Assembly (NCBI GenBank): GCA_903909015.1
Contig: CAIVUE010000133.1
Span: forward strand, 1 to 50,060
Origin: an uncultured Methylophilaceae bacterium
GTDB lineage: Bacteria > Pseudomonadota > Gammaproteobacteria > Burkholderiales > Methylophilaceae
Length of the DNA stretch: 50,060 nt
Direction: 5' to 3'
Part shown: one piece after another, positions 42,104 to 50,060 of the stretch
Layout of the letters: each line of letters begins with the position of its first letter
Position numbering within the stretch: position 1 is the stretch's first letter
The notes under the pieces: generated by a model
The model's database searches: none
The model's input: only the letters and a program-made list of their open reading frames with translations
Told to the model about the DNA's origin: nothing
Position numbers and translations under genes: made by a program

Positions 42104-43120
42104 ATGAGCGACAAACAACTGACCGACTGGCGCCAACACGCGCAAAAACTAGAATCAGAAATCAACAAAGTCGTGGTAGGTCAGCAAACACCTATTCGCT
42201 TAATTACAACAGCGATTTTCTCGCGTGGTCACGTATTGCTTGAAGGTGATGTCGGCGTTGGAAAAACAACACTATTAAGAGCCTTTACGCGTTGTATCGG
42301 CGGCGGTTATCAACGTATCGAGGGTACGATTGACCTAATGCCTAACGACTTGGTTTATCACACTTATCTAGGTGAAGATGGTAAGCCGCATGTAAGCCCA
42401 GGCCCGTTATTAATGTCTGGAGAGAATCTATCCGTATTCTTCTTCAACGAAATTAACCGTGCCCGCCCACAAGTACACTCATTATTACTTCGCGTGATGG
42501 CCGAACGTACTTTATCAGCCTTTAACAAAGAATATCATTTCCCACATATGTTGGTATTTGCTGACCGTAACCAGGTTGAAAAAGAGGAGACTTTTGAAAT
42601 TCCTTCTGCAGCACGTGACCGCTTCATGATGGAAATCCCAATCGTAGTGCCTGATGATAATGAAATCATGGAATCATTAATATTTGATACAAAGTTCCAT
42701 AATGTGGATGCTTTAGTAAATACTATTCCAGCAGATATTTTGCAGTTTGATCAATTAAATGACTTCTCTGCTTTAATTCAAACCAAAATTGAAGCGACTT
42801 CTACACTTCGACAATATGCATTGAATTTATGGCGTGCTACAAAAACACCTAGTGCTTACGGAGTTAAAGTAAGTGGCGTTGACATGAACCGCCTTGTATT
42901 GGCAGGTGCAAGCCCACGCGGCATGAGTATGATGCTTCGCGCTGCTCGCGTTAATGCTTGGATCAACAATCGTGATTCTGTTTTACCTGAAGATATCCAT
43001 GCAGTATTTCACTCAACAGTGGCTCACCGTTTAGTATTTAGTCCAGTGTATGAAATGCGCCGTACAGAAATCGCTCGCGATTTACTCACAGGTATCGTGA
43101 ATGCAGTTGCTGCGCCTTAG
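42104..43120 (+). CDS. mxaR: MoxR-family AAA+ ATPase, MxaR type
   Basis: HVLLEGDVGVGKT Walker A; FFFNEINRARPQVHSLLL; ARDRF; GASPRG; first gene of a MoxR-DUF58-vWA cluster. Confidence 0.88.
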   Translation: MSDKQLTDWRQHAQKLESEINKVVVGQQTPIRLITTAIFSRGHVLLEGDVGVGKTTLLRAFTRCIGGGYQRIEGTIDLMPNDLVYHTYLGEDGKPHVSPGPLLMSGENLSVFFFNEINRARPQVHSLLLRVMAERTLSAFNKEYHFPHMLVFADRNQVEKEETFEIPSAARDRFMMEIPIVVPDDNEIMESLIFDTKFHNVDALVNTIPADILQFDQLNDFSALIQTKIEATSTLRQYALNLWRATKTPSAYGVKVSGVDMNRLVLAGASPRGMSMMLRAARVNAWINNRDSVLPEDIHAVFHSTVAHRLVFSPVYEMRRTEIARDLLTGIVNAVAAP

Positions 43121-43136
43121 TTTTTAAATAAATCGC

Positions 43137-43997
43137 ATGCATAACGAAATAAAAGAGTTTAGCTACCACATCAGTTGGCGTTCACGGGGACGTCATTCAG
43201 GTAGTCATGCCAGCACCCAACGCGGCATGGGAATGGAGTTTCGTGGGCACACAACATTACTTTCATACCCAGACCCCCGCCGAATTGATATTCGCCAAAC
43301 CATACGCGACCCGCTTGAGCAAGTCTATGTGCGTATTTTTAATCAAAAAAGTGCAACCCCTGTATTTGCAATTGCTGACTTATCTGGCTCAATGAATTTC
43401 GGAAGTAAGCAAAGTAAAGTAGCGCTCACAAGTAAAATCGCTAGTGCAATTGCGATGTCTGCCACACATAATAGCGACCCGTTTGGATTTGTGGGATTTG
43501 ATGATGTAGTCCGTGAAGATTGGCTCTGCACGCAATCCTTCAGAGCACATCAAGCATTGGAATTAACTTCAGCGCTCAAAAATTTTGAACCCGAGCAGGT
43601 TGGAAGTGCTGGCATAAAAGACGTTAATCGTTTTTTACCTCGCGAACGCTCATTAGTCTTCTTAATTTCAGACTTCCATATGCCGACGAATGAACTTGAA
43701 GACTCCCTTTCATTAATGATGCAACACCATGTTGTTCCTATCGTATTATGGGATTCATCTGAATATAAAAACTTACCAGAATTTGGTATCACGAGTCTAA
43801 CGGACAGCGAAACAGGTGAAAAACGTACATTATTTTTACGAAAAGATATGCGTGCCAATATTGTCGCTAGCTTTGAAGCAAGAAGGGCTGAAATTGAAGC
43901 CTTGTTTATGAAATTTGATATGGCGCCTTTCTTCGTAGAAGGCGATTTTGATGCCGATGCATTAACCGAATACTTTCACCAATTTGTGGCGGCCTAA
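43137..43997 (+). CDS. mxaS: DUF58/vWA protein, MxaS type
   Basis: G.GMEFRGH, PDPRRIDIR, DLSGSM, FLISDFH, LTDSETGEKR. Confidence 0.82.
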   Translation: MHNEIKEFSYHISWRSRGRHSGSHASTQRGMGMEFRGHTTLLSYPDPRRIDIRQTIRDPLEQVYVRIFNQKSATPVFAIADLSGSMNFGSKQSKVALTSKIASAIAMSATHNSDPFGFVGFDDVVREDWLCTQSFRAHQALELTSALKNFEPEQVGSAGIKDVNRFLPRERSLVFLISDFHMPTNELEDSLSLMMQHHVVPIVLWDSSEYKNLPEFGITSLTDSETGEKRTLFLRKDMRANIVASFEARRAEIEALFMKFDMAPFFVEGDFDADALTEYFHQFVAA

Positions 43998-43999
43998 TA

Positions 44000-45016
44000 A
44001 TGAATTGCCAAATGAATCAATTGATTAAACTAATCAACATCAGCCTACTAAGCTTAATTTTAAGCACTAGCTTTTTAGCAAATGCAAATGACGAACCATC
44101 GCCAGAAATTCCAGAGGGGATTGTTAAATTAAGCAAAATTAACCCAGACCGTAACGTGGGATTCTTGATGGGCGATATTATGAATCGCACTATTACCTTG
44201 GAAGTTAAAAAACCATACAAGCTGATTGAAACAACTTTACCTATTGTTGGATATGAACATCGTTACAAAGGCCAAGTCTCTGGGATTGAACTTCGTAAAA
44301 TTAACCATACTGAAAAAGAAAATCGTGATACGACCACTTACGTTATTCAACTAGCATATCAAGTATTTACAACAGCGCCTGTTGTAAAGCCTGCGATCTT
44401 ACCTGCTGAAACGGTTAAATTCCAGGGCCCTCCTACCGAAGAAGCTAAAGATGGTTTAGTACAGTACACAATTCCTGAGTTTTACTTCAGGATTTCACCG
44501 ATGGCCGTTTTCGGTGCCGTCAAAATTGAAGAAGACATGAGTCCATTAAGGCAACCTGTCCTGCTGCAACCTTATGTTGAAAAACAGAAGCTTACTGCTT
44601 ACTTAGCCGTACTTGGTTTGAGTTTATTGGGCTTGCTTTACATATTAGGTTCTCGCGCATGGTTACCTCTAATGGGACGACCATTTGCACAAGCTTCTCG
44701 CCAATTGACTAAGCTTTCATCTAAAAATCCTGAAGATTTAAAATTAGCTTTATCAAGAGTACATAAAGCCTTAAATACAACCGCAAAATACAGTGTATTT
44801 AGCGATAATATGGATGCATTTCTGAGCCATACTCCTAGCTTTAAAGCAATTGAAGCAGAGATTGATCAATTCTTTACGCTATCCCATCAAGTGTTTTTCG
44901 ACACACAAATCTCAACAAGTCACGATGGAAATTCACTTGTTTGGCTAAAGAAATTCTGCAAACAATGCCGCGATTGTGAACGAGGCCTCAAACCAGCTAA
45001 GCAGAAGAAAGCTTAG
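44000..45016 (+). CDS. mxaA: MxaA-like exported, membrane-anchored protein
   Basis: Signal peptide, GFLMGD, LAYQVF, internal TM helix, C-terminal CRDCERG; position between mxaS and mxaC. Confidence 0.7.
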   Translation: MNCQMNQLIKLINISLLSLILSTSFLANANDEPSPEIPEGIVKLSKINPDRNVGFLMGDIMNRTITLEVKKPYKLIETTLPIVGYEHRYKGQVSGIELRKINHTEKENRDTTTYVIQLAYQVFTTAPVVKPAILPAETVKFQGPPTEEAKDGLVQYTIPEFYFRISPMAVFGAVKIEEDMSPLRQPVLLQPYVEKQKLTAYLAVLGLSLLGLLYILGSRAWLPLMGRPFAQASRQLTKLSSKNPEDLKLALSRVHKALNTTAKYSVFSDNMDAFLSHTPSFKAIEAEIDQFFTLSHQVFFDTQISTSHDGNSLVWLKKFCKQCRDCERGLKPAKQKKA

Positions 45017-45021
45017 CGCTA

Positions 45022-46014
45022 ATGAACATCCCTATTTTCTTTAACTCACCCTGGGCGCTTTGGCTGCTACCACTAGCATTTTTGCCATTAGTGCTTGACC
45101 GCGCTTTCACCCAGCGTTATTCATGGGTTGCGATGCTACCTAAGGATAGATTATCTGACTTAATTGGCCTATTGCTTAAAGTATTAGCAGTTTTAGCTCT
45201 GTTCTTTATCATTTTAGGTTTAGGAAGTCCGCACAGCCAACAACAAAGTATTGAACGCATAGGCGTAGGCGCTCAAATCGCGTTGGTATTAGATCGAAGC
45301 GCAAGTATGGACGATCCATTTTCTGGTGGCGATACCAATGGCAAAGTGGCTGAAACCAAATCTGTAGCTGCTAGCCGCTTGATCACCCAGTTTGTGAAGT
45401 CACGCCAGAACGATATGTTTGGAATGATTACTTTTAGTAACTCGGCCATGTATGTTTTACCTCTCACTGAAAACCGCGAAGCTATCTTAGCCGCCGTACA
45501 AGCGACTGCCGGCAATGCACTATTTCAAACAAACATTGGTAGTGGCATGACCAGTGGCGCTGGGCTTTTCGACAAAGTTCCAGACTCGGGTTCACGTGCC
45601 ATGATTTTGCTTTCTGATGGCGGTGGTCGCATTGATGCAGATACGCAACAAAAAATTCGCGATTGGTTAGAGCGCTTGCACATTGGGTTATATTGGATTG
45701 TTTTGCGCCAACCTGGAGGCTTAAGTATTTTCGATACGAGCCATGTGCCTCCAGAGGATGCTGTATTGCCACCGCAAATTGAATTGAATGAGTTCTTCAA
45801 AACACTTAATTCACCGTTCCATGCATATGAAGCTGATGATCCGAAATCGTTGGCAGCAGCGATTGCGGATATCAATCAAAAAGAGAAAAAACCAATTCGT
45901 TACCACGAACAAATTCCTGGTTATGATTTTTCTCAGGCCTGTTTTTTACTCGCGGCACTGATGATAGGTCTTTTACTAAGCGTGAAATATTTAGAAATTA
46001 GAACATGGGATTAA
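45022..46014 (+). CDS. mxaC: vWA domain membrane protein, MxaC type
   Basis: F..PWALWLLPL (BatA-like N-terminus), MIDAS DRSASM, TNIGSG, LLSDGG, YEADDP, C-terminal TM helix. Confidence 0.8.
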   Translation: MNIPIFFNSPWALWLLPLAFLPLVLDRAFTQRYSWVAMLPKDRLSDLIGLLLKVLAVLALFFIILGLGSPHSQQQSIERIGVGAQIALVLDRSASMDDPFSGGDTNGKVAETKSVAASRLITQFVKSRQNDMFGMITFSNSAMYVLPLTENREAILAAVQATAGNALFQTNIGSGMTSGAGLFDKVPDSGSRAMILLSDGGGRIDADTQQKIRDWLERLHIGLYWIVLRQPGGLSIFDTSHVPPEDAVLPPQIELNEFFKTLNSPFHAYEADDPKSLAAAIADINQKEKKPIRYHEQIPGYDFSQACFLLAALMIGLLLSVKYLEIRTWD

Positions 46015-46018
46015 GCAA

Positions 46019-46573
46019 ATGACACTCAATATTTTTAAAATCCTGAATGCTAAAAAACTGACTTGGATATTTAGTTTTTTAGCCATTGCCAGCCTTGTTG
46101 GCGTTGGCTATGAAATAAACCGCATTATGCAAATCCAGGCATTTAATGAAGCTATCTTGAATGCGAAGTCTCCAAAAACGGACATGCAATGCTTCGAAGC
46201 CAAGTTTGCTACTGCTTATTGGCTTGCAAAAAATGAGCGTTATAAAGAGTCTACGCTTCTATTCACCCATTTATTAGAGCATGCAAACAATAAACAAAAA
46301 GAAGCCATTCAGCACAACCTAGGGACTATATTCTTCCGTCGTGGCATCGCAATTAATGGAACAAGTATGAGTGTAGGCAAAGAGAGTGAGTATCTGCTTC
46401 GCCAAGCTAAAAATTTATACCAACAAGCGGTACGCCTAGATAATAGCCACTGGGATACGCGCCATAATTTAGACCGATTGATTTTATTACTACCAGGTAC
46501 TCCAACACCAGGCGTGGGGGAATCAGACTCACCAGGCCTCATCATGGGCAATATTCCAGTAGGTCTGCCATAA
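46019..46573 (+). CDS. mxaK: TPR-like protein, MxaK type
   Basis: N-terminal TM helix; HNLGT; AKNLYQQAVRLD..HWDTRHNLD; C-terminal P.GLP. Confidence 0.78.
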   Translation: MTLNIFKILNAKKLTWIFSFLAIASLVGVGYEINRIMQIQAFNEAILNAKSPKTDMQCFEAKFATAYWLAKNERYKESTLLFTHLLEHANNKQKEAIQHNLGTIFFRRGIAINGTSMSVGKESEYLLRQAKNLYQQAVRLDNSHWDTRHNLDRLILLLPGTPTPGVGESDSPGLIMGNIPVGLP

Positions 46574-46574
46574 C

Positions 46575-47564
46575 ATGAACAAGGTACTCAGTTACCTGCG
46601 TAATCGCAGGGATGCTACTCTGCTTGCAAGCGCTTTTGTATTGCTGATTGCAGCTGCATTTAAGCCTGCGTTACCGCTACCACGGAACATCTATAGCTAT
46701 TTACTAGTAGCTGATATTTCACAAAGCATGAACGTAGTAGACACTACTTTAAACGGCAAACCAACAACACGCATAGCATATACGCAATATATGTTGCATC
46801 ACATTGTTGCCAACATGCCTTGTGGAACGCGGGTAAGTATTGGTTTGTTCGCTGGCGTGAGCGTTGCTGCACTCTATAACCCTATTGAAGTATGTAACAA
46901 TTATGCAGCGATTCAAGATACGATCGATCACCTAGATTGGCGAACAGCCTGGTCAGGCAATAGTCGGCTCCGCGACAGCATGTTTACGCTTGCTAGGGTG
47001 ATTCGAGCCTTTCCAGAACCTGCGCAGGTGGTTTATTTTACTGATGGCGAAGAAGCCCCAAAACTGCACGCATTCAACACCAAGGACTTAACTAACTTCC
47101 AAGGCGGTAACGGTTGGCTATTTGTGGGGATTGGTAGCGACAAAGGTACCGCCATTCCTAAACTCGATGATAAAAATCAAGTAATTGGTTATTGGTCTGC
47201 AGATAGCTTTGCGATGCAGCCAGGAATTGCACAGATCTCAGAAGCAAATATTGGCGTGCGTGATAACAACGTCGCTGGTGCAACGGGTGACCGCTTCCTT
47301 TCAAAACTTCAGGAAGAATACTTAAAAGAAATATCTAAACAAGTCAGCGGTGATTATGTGCGTGGTGATAGCTTACAAAGTATCCTAGCGGCAATGAAAA
47401 ATCAAAAACCAGCCCGAAGAGATATTGCTCCATATGATATTCAATGGATACTGGCGTCCATTGCAGGCTTATTACTAATAGCTGCATACCTACCCAAAAG
47501 ACCCATCACCAGTTTTTATAAATGGCTTAGTCTTCTGATAAAACGTCTTCGAAAAGCCGGATAA
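46575..47564 (+). CDS. mxaL: vWA domain protein, MxaL type
   Basis: DISQSMNV MIDAS, MPCGTRVSIGLF, PIEVC, LDWRTAW.GNS, FTDGEEAP, LSKLQEEYL. Confidence 0.8.
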   Translation: MNKVLSYLRNRRDATLLASAFVLLIAAAFKPALPLPRNIYSYLLVADISQSMNVVDTTLNGKPTTRIAYTQYMLHHIVANMPCGTRVSIGLFAGVSVAALYNPIEVCNNYAAIQDTIDHLDWRTAWSGNSRLRDSMFTLARVIRAFPEPAQVVYFTDGEEAPKLHAFNTKDLTNFQGGNGWLFVGIGSDKGTAIPKLDDKNQVIGYWSADSFAMQPGIAQISEANIGVRDNNVAGATGDRFLSKLQEEYLKEISKQVSGDYVRGDSLQSILAAMKNQKPARRDIAPYDIQWILASIAGLLLIAAYLPKRPITSFYKWLSLLIKRLRKAG

Positions 47565-47591
47565 TTAGTCTTAATTTCTACAAAGTGATCT

Positions 47592-48620
47592 ATGAATCAA
47601 TGGCATGAATATTTAATTACGCAAGGCGCAATATTCCAAGAGGATATTCTAGATTCTTTTGGTGACGCAAAGAATGAACTTGCTGCAGTTAATAATAGTA
47701 ATGTCCTAACATCACTAAACCATCTTGGCATTCTAGAAGTCAGCGGCGAGGATGCATTACCCTTTCTCCAGGGGCAATTAACTAATGATATAAAACAACT
47801 GAATGGTAGCAATAGCCAGTTCACAGGTTACTGCAATCCAAAAGGTCGTCTGCTGGCTTTATTTTTAGCATTTGCGCATCATGATCATCTCCATCTTCAA
47901 ATGCCAAAAAATATTCTAGAGCCCATCATCAAAAGATTAAAGATGTATGTGTTGAGATCAAAAGTGGTCATTACAGACAAATCTGATGATATTTTATGCT
48001 TTGGGGTTGCCGGCCAAGATGCAGAGAATATGCTAGGCCATCTTTACAAAGAGGTCCCTAAAGTAGCAAAACAACTGGTGACCTTTGATGATGCAACTAT
48101 CCTCAAACTAAACGGAGATACTCCTAGATTTCATGTTTATACCAACATTCAGAATGCAGAACGCATATGGCAATCTTTATCATTAAACTGCACTAAGGTG
48201 GGAAAGTCCGTTTGGGATTTTTTAGAGATACAAGCAGGAGTTCCAGAAGTAGTCTCTAACACCCAGGAAGCTTTTGTTCCACAAATGCTCAACTTAGATG
48301 CACTTGATGGCATCAATTTTAAAAAGGGTTGCTATACAGGCCAAGAGATCGTTGCCAGAACACATTACCTTGGCAAAATAAAACGTCGTACCCAACTTGC
48401 GCATATAGATACTGCAATTATCCCAAATGCAGGCGACCTTATTCACTTAAGAAATCATGAGGACCAAATCGGGCAAATCGTCCGAGCTGCACCAGCAATT
48501 TCTGGCGGTGTTGAAGTGTTAGTTGAAATTCGTCTAGAGAACCTAGAGTCATCTTCTGAAACCCCGATGTGGAATGACATACCGCTCGAGTTTAAATCAC
48601 TCCCCTACGCACTAAATTAA
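47592..48620 (+). CDS. ygfZ: Folate-binding Fe-S/tRNA-modification protein YgfZ
   Basis: FLQGQLTND, NPKGR, family signature KGCYTGQEIVAR. Confidence 0.95.
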   Translation: MNQWHEYLITQGAIFQEDILDSFGDAKNELAAVNNSNVLTSLNHLGILEVSGEDALPFLQGQLTNDIKQLNGSNSQFTGYCNPKGRLLALFLAFAHHDHLHLQMPKNILEPIIKRLKMYVLRSKVVITDKSDDILCFGVAGQDAENMLGHLYKEVPKVAKQLVTFDDATILKLNGDTPRFHVYTNIQNAERIWQSLSLNCTKVGKSVWDFLEIQAGVPEVVSNTQEAFVPQMLNLDALDGINFKKGCYTGQEIVARTHYLGKIKRRTQLAHIDTAIIPNAGDLIHLRNHEDQIGQIVRAAPAISGGVEVLVEIRLENLESSSETPMWNDIPLEFKSLPYALN

Positions 48621-48621
48621 T

Positions 48622-48966
48622 TTAGTGCCCAGGAGGTACTTTTGTTTCCTGTTGAGGGGGTGACGCTACTGCAGGCTTACTTGGTGAAAGACTACTTGGG
48701 TCAAGTATCTGAATAAACACTTCATCTTGCTTTACCATTCCAAGCTCGCTTCTAGCGCGCTCTTCAATGGCCCCATAGCCCTGCTTTAGATCTCTAACTT
48801 CCTCATCCAAGCTTGCATTTCTAGCTCTTAAGCCATCATTTTTTTCTTTTTGCTGTGAGATCTGCTGATTCAAATTCCACACCCTTAGCCAGCTCCCTTT
48901 GCCGAGCCACAATGGATACTGCAGCGCGGCAATCAGGATAACAAAGATAAGAGTTAAAGCTTTCAA
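48622..48966 (-). CDS. ftsB: Cell division protein FtsB
   Basis: [11 protein letters not shown], coiled coil, [14 protein letters not shown]; downstream of eno; TTG start. Confidence 0.95.
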   Translation of the reverse strand: MKALTLIFVILIAALQYPLWLGKGSWLRVWNLNQQISQQKEKNDGLRARNASLDEEVRDLKQGYGAIEERARSELGMVKQDEVFIQILDPSSLSPSKPAVASPPQQETKVPPGH

Positions 48967-48972
48967 GGATAA

Positions 48973-50060
<1,088 letters not shown>

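Noticed and set aside
42025-42243. 72-aa ORF overlapping the mxaR start as a possible leader peptide
   Set aside because: No RBS; starts upstream of the probable -10; extends out of frame into mxaR.
31119-43120. LdcI-RavA-ViaA-like system (decarboxylase plus MoxR plus vWA)
   Set aside because: The genes are about 9 kb apart in separate units, and the ATPase is a 338-aa MxaR type with no room for the RavA LARA domain.

Overview
This 50-kb window is densely packed, mostly housekeeping chromosome of an AT-leaning (roughly low-40s % GC by eye) betaproteobacterium. The gene set (pgl/short-type gnd/zwf, an mxaR-S-A-C-K-L-like cluster, fabA-fabB, sucCD without sucAB nearby) points to an RuMP methylotroph of the Methylophilaceae; this placement is an inference. 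Gene order: glnB (partial), nadE, exported ankyrin protein, sucDC; serB, ppiA; a five-gene all-exported cluster behind purL (ankyrin, monoheme cytochrome c, flavocytochrome c sulfide dehydrogenase flavoprotein, unknown protein, SMP-30-like beta-propeller); an HMA-MauE fusion; aat, bpt/ate, tyrA, aroA, cmk, rpsA, ihfB, lapAB, pyrF; metG/apbC; pgl, gnd, zwf; dcd, Orn/Lys/Arg decarboxylase; folA, thyA, thrC, hom, alaA; Mth938-like, rlmF; fabBA; mxaRSACKL; ygfZ; ftsB, eno (partial). I see no rRNA, tRNA, CRISPR array, integrase or transposase. The best candidates for something undescribed are the periplasmic ankyrin-fccAB-unknown-propeller operon, a ribosomal protein S1 that lacks its sixth S1 domain, a methanol dehydrogenase maturation cluster with no structural genes beside it, and a near-perfect operator-like palindrome between fabA and mxaR. 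All calls rest on motif recognition by eye; no searches were run.
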